A stretch of DNA of 37,605 nt from the NCBI GenBank assembly GCA_012961925.1, contig DTYK01000300.1, positions 1 through 37,605 on the forward strand. The letters are read 5' to 3'. Positions 1 to 10,749 of the stretch are shown piece by piece. Source of the stretch: Candidatus Latescibacterota bacterium. Its GTDB lineage: Bacteria > Latescibacterota > MVCY01 > DTYK01. The notes beneath the pieces are model-generated. The model saw nothing but the letters and a program-made list of their open reading frames with translations, was not told where the DNA came from and searched no databases. Position 1 is the stretch's first letter; the number at the start of each line of letters is the position of its first letter. The translations under genes were made by a program, and so were the position numbers.

Positions 1-1341
1 GCTATGTGCGATAGAAGGCGTGGACCCCAGGATCTTAGGGAAGAGGCTCCTATTGTAGAACCCGGCGTCAACGTCTCTTCCAAGGCAGATCAACAGGCCG
101 CGGCCTTTCACTACATGTTCCTGAAGTCGTTCCAACTGCCAGTTGCTCAGGCGAGGGACGTTTGCAAGGACGATCACATCGCTGTTTTCCACGGCGGCCG
201 GGGTTAGCTCCTGAATACCTATCTCCCTGCATTTTAAAAGTCCTTCCTTCACTGATGACGGGGATGGTGGGTTTATGGCTTGACGGATGAAATAGGTATC
301 ACCCGGTTGCCCTCCAACGAGTAAGGCTTTGATCCTCCCGGGGATATAAAAGGAGAAATATCTCCGATTGTCTGTTAGAAGTCTGTCCCATTCGATCTCA
401 ACATACCCCGAAATCCTGCCGTACTTCTCCGGTATTACATTGAAGGAGATCCTCTTCGTCTGTCCTCCTCTCAGGTCAAGAAGAACCTGACCAGCACGTT
501 TCCCATCGAGGTTGAGACTTACAAGAAGATCGGAGACAGCGCCTCGGCTGTGATTGGTTATGTCGGCTTTGACGTGGAGTTGGCCGTCAGCCTCCAGGAC
601 CTGGTTTGGAAGGATCACCCTATCAATGCTCACATTTTCTTCTTGTTGGCCTTCAATGGGTAGCACGTAGAGGTTGATGTTCGCAGGGCCTTTGTCGCTG
701 TCTCCAGGAAGAAGGCCAGTCCAGCCATTTTGCTCTAAGTCAGTTATTAGATAGAGCTCGAGGTTAGGATTATCCGATTCTTTTAGAAGTCTTAGGGTTT
801 GTTCCACTGCTTTTGCAACATCTGTAGTCCTGTAAGAAGGTCTGAGGCGAAGGATTGCTGACCGAACCTGTGATAGCGCTGCTCCGTTTACCCTCCATCT
901 CCACCAGTTCAGAACCCTATCTGAGAAGGGCACCAGTAGCAGCTCGTCTCCCTGATGGAGCAGATCTATGACCTCCATGGCTTTCTCTTTGGCCAATTCG
1001 AACAAGGCCCCTCTGTCCGTCTCGAAAGACATACTGTAGGAGTTATCAAGAAGGATTGCGGCTGTTGTTCTCGCTGCCCCGCCAATTATCCCGGGCAGAG
1101 CAGCCCTGATGGCAGGACGGGCGAAGGCAATAACGATAAAGAAGATTATGAGCATACGGATAAGGAGCAGGAGCACCTGTCGGATTCTCACCCTGTGCAT
1201 CCTATCCCTCTGGATCTCTTTAAGGAAGGAGATATTGCTGAAATAGATGGCCTTCGCCTTTCGCCGGCTTAGAAGATGGATCAGAACAGGAAGGAAGACT
1301 GCACTGAGAGCTGGTAGTACAACCGGGTTGAAAAATGTCAT
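1..1341 (-). CDS. VWA-domain membrane protein with BatA-type N-terminal anchor; N-terminus complete, C-terminus beyond the left window edge
   Basis: Absent from the ORF track because it is open to nt 1. Manual translation from the ATG at 1341-1339 gives MTFFNPVVLPALSAVFLPVLIHLLSRRKAKAIYFSNISFLKEIQRD, which carries a BatA_N-like P..IHLL.RR motif. ILLDNSYSMSFE follows, with the MIDAS DxSxS motif at 1033-1047. I checked the frame codon by codon down to nt 1 and found no stop. It lies 11 nt downstream of the DUF58 gene. Confidence 0.8.
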   Translation of the reverse strand, partial: MTFFNPVVLPALSAVFLPVLIHLLSRRKAKAIYFSNISFLKEIQRDRMHRVRIRQVLLLLIRMLIIFFIVIAFARPAIRAALPGIIGGAARTTAAILLDNSYSMSFETDRGALFELAKEKAMEVIDLLHQGDELLLVPFSDRVLNWWRWRVNGAALSQVRSAILRLRPSYRTTDVAKAVEQTLRLLKESDNPNLELYLITDLEQNGWTGLLPGDSDKGPANINLYVLPIEGQQEENVSIDRVILPNQVLEADGQLHVKADITNHSRGAVSDLLVSLNLDGKRAGQVLLDLRGGQTKRISFNVIPEKYGRISGYVEIEWDRLLTDNRRYFSFYIPGRIKALLVGGQPGDTYFIRQAINPPSPSSVKEGLLKCREIGIQELTPAAVENSDVIVLANVPRLSNWQLERLQEHVVKGRGLLICLGRDVDAGFYNRSLFPKILGSTPSIAHS

Positions 1342-1352
1342 GGGAGTTGGTT

Positions 1353-2249
1353 TCAACCGAGCCTTTTTCTTTTCAGGAGGTATCTGAACAGGGCTGTGTC
1401 GAGGTCTTCGTCGGTGCTTATGGGGACATAGTCTACCAGGCTCTCCCTGCACCCTCTACGGTATCTCTCGACCAGGGTGGAGACCCTGCTACAGTATTCC
1501 TGTCGGATAAGCCTGGGATCGGCACGGACCTCTTCGCCGGTTTCTATATCGACAAATCTTGCCTCTTGTTCAAAGCCAAAATCCTTCTCCCTGGGATCTA
1601 AGAGATGAAAGACGATCACCTCATGTTTCCTGTGGCGGAAATGTCTCAGACCAAAGAGGACCTTGTCTGCATCATCCAGAAGGTCTGAGATGACGATTAT
1701 GAGGCCACGCCGCTTTATCCTTTCGGCAAGCTGATGGAAGACGGCCTCCATTTTCGTATCTGAAGAGGTCTCGGTATTCGCCAGTTCCTTCAAAATTACC
1801 GAAAGGTGGCTTTTTGCCGATCTGGGAGGTATATAACTACGGATCCTGCTGTCGAAGATCACCAACCCCACTGCATCCCTTTGTCTCAACATGAGGTATG
1901 TCAGAGCTGCTGCAAGATAGGAAGCGTATTGAATCTTAGATATGCCCTCGGAAGAGAAGCCCATGGATCCCGAAGCATCAAGCAGAAGATAGGACTTAAG
2001 GTTTGTCTCCTCCTCAAACGTCTTCACAAAAAGGCGTTCAGACTTCCCGTAAGCTTTCCAATCGATATATCTGGTCGGGTCTCCTGGCATATACTGGCGG
2101 TTTTCGGCGAATTCCACGGAGAAACCATGGTAGGGACTCCTGTGCAGTCCTGTTATGAAGCCTTCTACCACTAATCTGGCGATTATGTCAAGCCTGGAGA
2201 GCTTTGAGACCAGTTGTGGATTGAGATAGAGACGATAGTCCGGGGTCAT
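1353..2249 (-). CDS. DUF58 family protein (MoxR-associated, VWA-like)
   Basis: 298 aa. HGFSVEFAENRQYMPGD and LLLDASGSMGF are typical DUF58 motifs. It sits immediately downstream of the MoxR ATPase, as in Bat-type operons. Confidence 0.85.
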   Translation of the reverse strand: MTPDYRLYLNPQLVSKLSRLDIIARLVVEGFITGLHRSPYHGFSVEFAENRQYMPGDPTRYIDWKAYGKSERLFVKTFEEETNLKSYLLLDASGSMGFSSEGISKIQYASYLAAALTYLMLRQRDAVGLVIFDSRIRSYIPPRSAKSHLSVILKELANTETSSDTKMEAVFHQLAERIKRRGLIIVISDLLDDADKVLFGLRHFRHRKHEVIVFHLLDPREKDFGFEQEARFVDIETGEEVRADPRLIRQEYCSRVSTLVERYRRGCRESLVDYVPISTDEDLDTALFRYLLKRKRLG

Positions 2250-2295
2250 ATTTGAAGTCTTTGTAATCTTGTGTTAATCGGAGGGATACGCGATC

Positions 2296-3321
2296 TCATG
2301 TGATTTTATCCTCCAATAGCCGACTTATGATCTCGGTGGTGTCTACCCCTTCCGCCTCTGCGTTGAAGTTGGTAACGATCCTGTGGCGCAATACCGGCAT
2401 GGCGACAGATCTGACATCCTCTATTGCCGCTGTATACCTTCCGTCAAGGACTGCACGGGTCTTTGCGCCGAGTATAAGGTACTGAGATGCCCGGGGACCT
2501 GCGCCCCAGCTAACCCAATCCTTAACATACGCCGGCGCACCATCTCTGCCCGGACGGGTGTTCCTGACCAACCTCACAGCATATTCGATGATGTAATCTG
2601 CTACAGGGACCCTACGGATAAGCTTCTGCAGACGGGCTATCTCTTTGCCATCCAGAACCTTTTTGACATCGTGGGAGTAGGCACTGGTCGTCCACCTGAC
2701 GACCTCCTCTTCCTCCTCAGCGCTTGGATAGTCTATCCAGATGTTAAACATAAACCTGTCCAGTTGAGCCTCTGGCAAGGGGTAGGTGCCCTCCTGTTCA
2801 ATGGGATTCTGGGTGGCCAGGACAAAGAATGGTTCATCCAACTTGAAGGTCTGACCTGAGGTGGTCACTTCATGTTCCTGCATGGCCTGAAGAAGGGCAG
2901 ATTGAGTCTTGGGCGGAGTCCTGTTGATCTCATCAGCCAGAACGATGTTCGCAAAGATGGGTCCTTTAACGAATCGGAAGTTCTTTCTGCCGGTGGAGAT
3001 ATCCTCCTCTATGATCTCGGTACCCGTTATATCCGATGGCATCAGATCGGGTGTGAACTGTATACGGCTGAACTTTAGGTCTAAAACCCTTGCCAGTGTG
3101 CTGATCAGCAAGGTCTTTGCAAGTCCCGGCACCCCTATTAAGAGACAGTGACCTCCTGATAGTAGGGCTATAAGGAGCTCTTCGATGATCTTCTCCTGTC
3201 CCACTATCACCTTACCGATCTCTCTGGAGATCGACTCCTTCGCTTCCTTCAACTCCTCGACCGCCTCTAAGTCATGCCGTTCATCCATCTTATGAAAGCT
3301 ACCTTTCTTAGTCCCCAGCAT
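2296..3321 (-). CDS. MoxR-family AAA+ ATPase
   Basis: 341 aa. Walker A is GVPGLAKT and Walker B is VLADEINRTPPKTQSALLQAMQE. The C-terminal part is GAGPRASQYL..AKTRAVLDGR, matching the AAA_3/MoxR signature. The true start may be the internal Met in MDERHD. Confidence 0.92.
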   Translation of the reverse strand: MLGTKKGSFHKMDERHDLEAVEELKEAKESISREIGKVIVGQEKIIEELLIALLSGGHCLLIGVPGLAKTLLISTLARVLDLKFSRIQFTPDLMPSDITGTEIIEEDISTGRKNFRFVKGPIFANIVLADEINRTPPKTQSALLQAMQEHEVTTSGQTFKLDEPFFVLATQNPIEQEGTYPLPEAQLDRFMFNIWIDYPSAEEEEEVVRWTTSAYSHDVKKVLDGKEIARLQKLIRRVPVADYIIEYAVRLVRNTRPGRDGAPAYVKDWVSWGAGPRASQYLILGAKTRAVLDGRYTAAIEDVRSVAMPVLRHRIVTNFNAEAEGVDTTEIISRLLEDKIT

Positions 3322-3350
3322 TCTGGTGGGTATAACCGCCCTTTTTAAAG

Positions 3351-4622
3351 CTATGTCCTCATCTTCTCCTTTTTTGCTGCTGGGAAAAGGATATTGTTCA
3401 GTATCAACCGGTAACCCGGAGAATTCTTATGGAGTGTGAGGTCCGTCGGTGGGTCCCCGACCAGATGCATGTAGTCCTCCGGGTCATGACCACCATAAAA
3501 GGTGAAGGTCCCTTTACCCAGATTACCATGGATGTACTTCACCTCATCCGTCCCTTTCACCTCCCCTAAGATGACCACCGACTTCTTGATTAGCTCCTTT
3601 CTGAACCCTGTGGTCTGGCCGAGAAATCCTTTTATTGCCGGCGTGTGATTCTGGGTCAGCATGGTGGGCACGGGGTCATATTTAGCCGAGAACTCGAACA
3701 GAGTGAACGAGTCAGCCTCAGCCCCTTTAATTCCTTTAAGGCTCTCGGGTGTCGTGTCTATATCTGAAAATGCATATATTAAAGGATTAATCTCAAGATG
3801 AAAGTTCTCAAAGGCAAAGGTCCGCGAAAAATCGAGCCTTGATTGATAGTCACTGTCTACGGGATCGCCGTCGAAGAGAGGCGGGACGATATCTACTCCT
3901 GCTGCTGCCAGCGCTATGTCCAGAGTTTCCGGGGCCGAACACATGGCAAAAAGGAATCCACCCCTCTTTACATATTCATAGATCCTCCTGGCAACTGCCT
4001 TTTTAAGCTCTGATACCTTTGTGAAGCCCAGTTCGCTTGCCATCTGTTCGTTCACCTTCTGCATCTGTATATACCAGGGGGCATTTCTATAGCTTGCGTA
4101 GAACTTTCCGTACTGACCTGTAAAGTCCTCGTGATGTAAATGTAACCAGTCGTACTCCGCAAGTCTTCCCTCTAAGACCTCCCTGTCCCACAGTATCTCG
4201 TAGGGTATCTCGGCGTAGTCTAAGGCAAGCCTTACGGCGTCATCCCATGCCTCTTGGCTTGGAGGTATGTAGACCGCTATCTTTGGGGCCTTCTCAAGTA
4301 CTATCGCCTCCATGTTCTCCTCTTCGATTCGGTTGTGGATCTCGGAGACCTTGGCCTGGCCGATAACTTCAAACGAGACACCCCGCACACGGGCCTCCTC
4401 CACTAACGGTACTGAGTACTCCATCAGGAATGATCCCCCTCTGAAGTTCAACAGCCATTCCACGTTGATTCCCTTCTCCAGGGCCCAATATGCCAAGCCA
4501 TAAGCCTTCAGATGGTCGGCCTGAGCGTAATCCATATTGACCAGGATCCTGTCAGCACCTGTATATGACGTCAAGGACAGGGGAGATAAAAGAATGATAA
4601 AAAGCAGAAGGGCCTTTTTCAT
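3351..4622 (-). CDS. Secreted protein of unknown function, class-I glutamine-amidotransferase-like (ThuA/BPL_N-like) core suspected
   Basis: The track ORF begins at a TTG (4634). The ATG at 4622 has a GGAGA Shine-Dalgarno 5 nt upstream and yields MKKALLLFIILLSPLSLTS, a signal peptide. The core segments KIAVYIPP..AEYDWLHLHHEDF and GGFLFAMCSAPE resemble a GATase1-like fold with a nucleophile-elbow Cys. From memory only, this family is sometimes auto-annotated as asparagine synthetase B in FCB genomes. Confidence 0.75.
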   Translation of the reverse strand: MKKALLLFIILLSPLSLTSYTGADRILVNMDYAQADHLKAYGLAYWALEKGINVEWLLNFRGGSFLMEYSVPLVEEARVRGVSFEVIGQAKVSEIHNRIEEENMEAIVLEKAPKIAVYIPPSQEAWDDAVRLALDYAEIPYEILWDREVLEGRLAEYDWLHLHHEDFTGQYGKFYASYRNAPWYIQMQKVNEQMASELGFTKVSELKKAVARRIYEYVKRGGFLFAMCSAPETLDIALAAAGVDIVPPLFDGDPVDSDYQSRLDFSRTFAFENFHLEINPLIYAFSDIDTTPESLKGIKGAEADSFTLFEFSAKYDPVPTMLTQNHTPAIKGFLGQTTGFRKELIKKSVVILGEVKGTDEVKYIHGNLGKGTFTFYGGHDPEDYMHLVGDPPTDLTLHKNSPGYRLILNNILFPAAKKEKMRT

Positions 4623-4656
4623 CACTATCTCCAAGGGTTCAGAGATACTTTCTGTT

Positions 4657-5430
4657 TTACCGAACCTCCTGTGGCCATGTATTCAACAGTTCCAGCGACC
4701 TTAACCTGCCGTGATTGCCAGCATGGTATTTCAGAAATGAGGTGAGGACTTCTCTTATCTCTCCTTTGACAAGCTCAGAAATCTCCACGTTTCCAAGCCC
4801 TTCAGGACCCATTTTCGTCAGTCTTCCCAGGAATCTGACCGTACCCAGATGGATCGACGGTGCCTTCGGATCCTCATAGGAGCATCCATTGCAGAGGATG
4901 CCGCCAAGACCTGGACTGAAGCTCAATAGAGGTGTTCTGGGATGGATACCGCAACGCGAGCATCTTGAGAAACTGGGGGAATAACCGAGTATCTTAAATA
5001 TCTTCAACTTGAAATACCAGAAAAGCTTCTCTGTCTGGTGGTCCGGCATATCCTCTATCTTCCTCAGCCCATCAATTAGGGTTTCATAAAGGGCTCTATC
5101 CGGCTGCTCGTAAGTTGTCATACGGTCTGAGAGCTCACAGAGGGCGCTGGCATAAGTCAATTTTTTGAGGTTTGACTTCACATCTAAAAAATGGTTGATG
5201 GGATCGGCCTGGCTCAAGATATGGAGGTTGCGGTTCTCCTTTTTATAGAAGATGATAGAACTCAGGGTGAGGGGTTGCAGAGGTCTTTCGAGTCCGCTCT
5301 TTGGTCTCCTTGCCCCTTTGGCGATCACCCTGATCTTCCCGAAATCACCGGAAAGAAGGGTAACGATCCTGCTGGATTCACTCCACTTGTGGCTTTTAAG
5401 GACAATCGCTTTGGTTTTCAGTATAGCCAT
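4657..5430 (-). CDS. recO: DNA repair protein RecO
   Basis: 257 aa. The N-terminal OB-fold stretch is KTKAIVLKSHKWSESSRIVTLLSGDFGKIRVIAKGARRPKS. A C-terminal CxxC..CxxC zinc motif is present (CSRCG...CNGC). Confidence 0.9.
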   Translation of the reverse strand: MAILKTKAIVLKSHKWSESSRIVTLLSGDFGKIRVIAKGARRPKSGLERPLQPLTLSSIIFYKKENRNLHILSQADPINHFLDVKSNLKKLTYASALCELSDRMTTYEQPDRALYETLIDGLRKIEDMPDHQTEKLFWYFKLKIFKILGYSPSFSRCSRCGIHPRTPLLSFSPGLGGILCNGCSYEDPKAPSIHLGTVRFLGRLTKMGPEGLGNVEISELVKGEIREVLTSFLKYHAGNHGRLRSLELLNTWPQEVR

Positions 5431-5481
5431 GGAAGACCCTATCCTTACACTTGCACCTAATTTTATCCCACTGGGCTCAGT

Positions 5482-6867
5482 TTATCGTAGCCACCTGAGC
5501 ATTAGGGTGGCCATGCCGAAGTAGATCAACAATCCCGTGATGTCATTTGACATTGTAACGAACGGGCCAGTTGCAATGGCCGGATCAACCCCTATCCTCT
5601 TGAATATGAGTGGGACCAGCGTCCCCATTATGGCCGCAACGTTTATGGCACAGAACATCGCTGTGCCGACAACAATGCCCAGTACTGGGCTTCCCTCCCA
5701 GGCAAGTGCCACGATCCCTATGACACTACCGCAGATAAAGCCCATAACCAGCCCGACTCTACCCTCCCTTAAGAGCCGCAATGATATCTTAGCTGGATTT
5801 ATGTCACCTAAGGCGATACCTCTCACCGTGATAGATGCTGACTGGACACCTATATTTCCTCCCATTGCGGTAATAACAGGAATGAAAAAGGCCAGGGCAA
5901 GGAGTTGGCCCAGTGTCTCCTTAAAGGAGCTGAGGATCGAGGCGGAGACGATCCCTCCGACCAGACTTGTTATGATCCATGGTAACCTTATCCCGGCAAT
6001 CTTTAATGATGAGCGCTCGGTTATCTCATCCTCAGTCGTACCGGCCATCTTAGAGATATCCTCAGAGGCCTCCTCCTGAATGACATCAACTATATCGTCG
6101 ACGGTGATCCTGCCGACCAGCTTCCCATCTTCATCAACAACAGGCAAAGCCGACAGATCATACTTTTGAAAGATATTGGCGACATCCTCCTGATCTGTAC
6201 CCTGGCGGACGCTGATGACGTCCCGGTTCATTATCTCGGAAACCTTCTGTTCGGACCTGGCGAGGATCAATCTTCCCAGCGGAAGCACTCCCACCAGCCT
6301 CTTTTTGGGATCGACCACATAGACGTTGTATATGTTCTCCATCTGATCGGCAGCCTTTCGTATAGCCTCGATCGCCTCTCCCACAGTGGCGCCTTGGTTT
6401 ACCGCCACAATCTCAAGCTCCATCAGTCCGCCAGCGGTGTCTTCCTCATACTTGAGGAGCTCTCTTATCTCCTCCGAGTGCTTCTTCTCCAGAGAACCCA
6501 GTACTCCTTGGGCCCGGTCAGGAGGAAGTTGACGGATAAGGTCGGCTGCATCATCGGATTCCATCTCTCCAATGATCCGCACCAACCGATCCTGCGATAG
6601 CTCCTTCAGGAGGTCCTCCCGTGTCGAATCGTTGACCTTTCTGATCACCTCGGAGGAGATGGGAGGCTGTAGTATTTCGAAGACAAACCTGGCCTTTTCG
6701 ACATCAAGCCCGTCGATAAGATCGGCTATATCTGGAGGTGCAAGGTTAGCAAACAGAGCGGAGATCTCCTTCTCCGTCTCCTTTTTGATCAGACCGTGCA
6801 CGTTCTCCAGGCCCTCGATCAGGTCATAAACCTCATCTAAGATCTTCTGTGGAGTACGCTCCATCAC
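5482..6867 (-). CDS. mgtE: Magnesium transporter MgtE
   Basis: 461 aa with an MgtE N-domain, tandem CBS domains and a C-terminal five-TM domain (GNIGVQSASITVRG, PFVTMSNDITGLLIYF). The track start is a GTG at 6867. An ATG one codon downstream (6864) is equally possible. Confidence 0.93.
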   Translation of the reverse strand: MMERTPQKILDEVYDLIEGLENVHGLIKKETEKEISALFANLAPPDIADLIDGLDVEKARFVFEILQPPISSEVIRKVNDSTREDLLKELSQDRLVRIIGEMESDDAADLIRQLPPDRAQGVLGSLEKKHSEEIRELLKYEEDTAGGLMELEIVAVNQGATVGEAIEAIRKAADQMENIYNVYVVDPKKRLVGVLPLGRLILARSEQKVSEIMNRDVISVRQGTDQEDVANIFQKYDLSALPVVDEDGKLVGRITVDDIVDVIQEEASEDISKMAGTTEDEITERSSLKIAGIRLPWIITSLVGGIVSASILSSFKETLGQLLALAFFIPVITAMGGNIGVQSASITVRGIALGDINPAKISLRLLREGRVGLVMGFICGSVIGIVALAWEGSPVLGIVVGTAMFCAINVAAIMGTLVPLIFKRIGVDPAIATGPFVTMSNDITGLLIYFGMATLMLRWLR

Positions 6868-7152
6868 TTAGCTCTTTTTGCAGGTTATTTTTAAAATTGG
6901 GAGCGGGTTCATATTTTTCTGGCGCCGGGTTAATGCTTTAGCATTTCATCCCGGGCAAAACGTGCCTCCCAGCCTGTAGATCGGAGGATGAAAGCCTAAA
7001 GGCCGAACTCCGAAAAACGGCCGCTCCATTCGCCGGACAGTTCAACGGCTCAGACTTAAGGGCAGTTCATCCTATACTACGCCAAACGGTTAACTCGATT
7101 CATCTTGCATAGGATGGGCTTCAAAAACCGACATGAATTTTAAGATCTTGCC
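6868..7152 (-). promoter_or_regulatory. Long structured 5' leader of mgtE (candidate riboswitch/attenuator, family unassigned)
   Basis: This 285-nt spacer has no ORF of 60 aa or more. The minus strand carries four segments with mutually exclusive pairing: CATCCTAT (plus 7109-7116), ATAGGATGAA (7066-7075), TTTCATCCTCC (6983-6993) and GGGATGAAATG (6942-6952). There are also nested hairpins (CCGGG..CCCGG 6927-6956, CCUCC/GGAGG). Confidence 0.4.
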
Positions 7153-7797
7153 TTATAAAGACGAATTGCTTTGGTTAACCTTTATTATCTTCTCCAGCCT
7201 GGCCTCAGGCACCACAGTACCGCCAGAGATGATTAATTTCAGGGCTTCTTCGATGGTCATATCGAGTGGCACAACGTCCTTTTGGGGGATGACGAGCAGA
7301 TAGCCCGAGGTGGGATTAGGTGTTGTTGGAAGGAAGACGTTCACCGTCTTCTTTTTTGTCTTCTCCTGTACCTCTCCCCACGACTCAGATGTCAGAAAGC
7401 CGATCGAATAGATCCCTTTGCGGGGGTATTCAAAAAGTACGGCCTGTCTGAAGCTTGCCTTTTCTCCGGCGAGTAAGGCATGGCTTATCTGCTGAACTGC
7501 TACATATATCCTGTTCATCAGCGGGATCTTTCCGAGTATCCTGTTACCGGCCTCGATAAGCTTGCTTCCTACATAGTTTCTGGCAAAGATCCCAGTCAAC
7601 AGGATGATCAGCAGAACCGTCAGAAAACCCAGGCCTGGAGGGGGGTATCCCCACAGGTTCACCCCTAACCGGTCAAAGACGCCGCTCAGGATGCCATCGA
7701 CCTTGGAGAACAGAAGCCAGAAGACATAGATCGTGACTACCACCGGTGAGAGGACCACCAGACCGGTCAGAAAATAGAGCCTTAACCTTCTCCACAC
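7153..7797 (-). CDS. DUF502 family membrane protein
   Basis: 214 aa. The N-terminus LRLYFLTGLVVLSPVVVTIYVFWLL, and the motifs NRIYVAVQQIS and FLPTTPNPTSGYLLVIPQKDVVPLDMTIEEALKLIISGG, match the DUF502 pattern. Confidence 0.85.
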   Translation of the reverse strand: MWRRLRLYFLTGLVVLSPVVVTIYVFWLLFSKVDGILSGVFDRLGVNLWGYPPPGLGFLTVLLIILLTGIFARNYVGSKLIEAGNRILGKIPLMNRIYVAVQQISHALLAGEKASFRQAVLFEYPRKGIYSIGFLTSESWGEVQEKTKKKTVNVFLPTTPNPTSGYLLVIPQKDVVPLDMTIEEALKLIISGGTVVPEARLEKIIKVNQSNSSL

Positions 7798-7842
7798 CTT
7801 TCTTCACCCTCCTTATGGTCGCTCAAAACACCCTCACTTCAG

Positions 7843-8178
7843 TCATTGATCGGTGGCACCATTGATGAAGGTTACCTTATAAATCATCTCCCCTTCTTTC
7901 ACCATCCCATATTCCTCCCTGGCCATCTTTTCGATGTAATCCAAGTCGCTCAGCAGGAGTTGCCTTTTTCTTTTTAGCTCGGCCTCCTCCCTTTTCAAGA
8001 CCCCGATCTCGCCTTTTAGAACCGCCACCTCTTTTTTTAATTGCCATATCTGATATAGGCCGTAGTCACCCCTTATCAAAAATATATAAACAAGGAACAA
8101 TATGGAGAGGGATAGAACAATCCTTGTGACCCTCTTTTTAAGGGGATAGCGGTAAGCCTTGGTTTTATAACCTCTCAT
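7843..8178 (-). CDS. ftsB: Septum formation initiator (FtsB/DivIC family)
   Basis: 111 aa with a single N-terminal TM segment, then a coiled coil (LKKEVAVLKGEIGVLKREEAELKRKRQLL) and DYIEKMAREEYGM. It sits directly downstream of eno, which is the classic eno-ftsB synteny. Confidence 0.8.
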   Translation of the reverse strand: MRGYKTKAYRYPLKKRVTRIVLSLSILFLVYIFLIRGDYGLYQIWQLKKEVAVLKGEIGVLKREEAELKRKRQLLLSDLDYIEKMAREEYGMVKEGEMIYKVTFINGATDQ

Positions 8179-8205
8179 CGACCATCACCTTCCGACCATT
8201 TAAAG

Positions 8206-10324
<2,119 letters not shown>

Positions 10325-10327
10325 AGA

Positions 10328-10687
10328 TTATCCTCCTTCAGACGTGTCTACCACCCATCTGTTGCCCTCATACCGACGGTAAAAACAGGAACGGTAACCT
10401 GTGTGGCAGGCATTACCCTCCTGTTCCACCTTGAATAGCAAGGCGTCACCATCGCAGTCGATACGGAATTCTTTCACATATTGAAAATTGCCCGATGTTT
10501 CACCCTTTATCCAAAGTTTTCCTCTGCTCCGGCTCCAGTAGGTCATCTTGCCTGTTTCAAGTGTTCTCTTCAGGCTCTCTTCGTTCATGTAGGCTACCAT
10601 GAGAAGCTCGCCGTTACGATAGTCCTGAGCAATTGCTACAACTAACCCCTTCTCATCAAATCTGACCTGCGACAGATCCACTTCCAT
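10328..10687 (-). CDS. hisI: Phosphoribosyl-AMP cyclohydrolase (monofunctional HisI)
   Basis: 119 aa. Diagnostic stretches are [41 protein letters not shown] and [19 protein letters not shown]. Confidence 0.93.
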   Translation of the reverse strand: MEVDLSQVRFDEKGLVVAIAQDYRNGELLMVAYMNEESLKRTLETGKMTYWSRSRGKLWIKGETSGNFQYVKEFRIDCDGDALLFKVEQEGNACHTGYRSCFYRRYEGNRWVVDTSEGG

Positions 10688-10749
10688 CTCCTTGCCTGGA
10701 ACATATTAGCTTCTCAAGAATCGTATGGACCTAATGGTTCAGGGTTTCG

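Noticed and set aside
955-2859. Plus-strand ORFs 955-1272, 1335-1601, 1806-2174 and 2383-2859.
   Set aside because: All are antisense shadows of the VWA, DUF58 and MoxR genes, whose minus-strand products have unambiguous family motifs.
5537-6079. 180-aa plus-strand ORF, the longest unexplained ORF in the track.
   Set aside because: It is entirely antisense to the mgtE transmembrane domain. Its composition is low-complexity and Pro/Ser/Thr/Ile-rich, typical of the reverse frame of a membrane-protein gene. It has no Shine-Dalgarno and no recognizable motif.
7020-7062. TPP-riboswitch-like fragments on the minus strand (CUGAG ... UUGAAC.UG.UCCGG).
   Set aside because: The GAUC.GG-AUAAU-.CC.GC hairpin and the flanking GGGG/CCCU helices of the THI element are absent. 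Thiamine control of mgtE also makes no biological sense.
7093-7134. 14-codon ORF (MSVFEAHPMQDESS) at the 5' end of the mgtE leader as a leader peptide.
   Set aside because: There is no Shine-Dalgarno upstream and no run of regulatory codons. Its position relative to the alternative helices does not fit a ribosome-stalling attenuator.
6868-7152. Calling the mgtE leader an M-box (ykoK) riboswitch.
   Set aside because: There are only short, order-consistent resemblances (UAGG.UGA, CUGCCC, CUAC.G). The conserved GGGUCAACAG-like core is not present and the candidate core is about 40 nt shorter than a canonical M-box. It is kept as an unassigned structured leader pending cmsearch.
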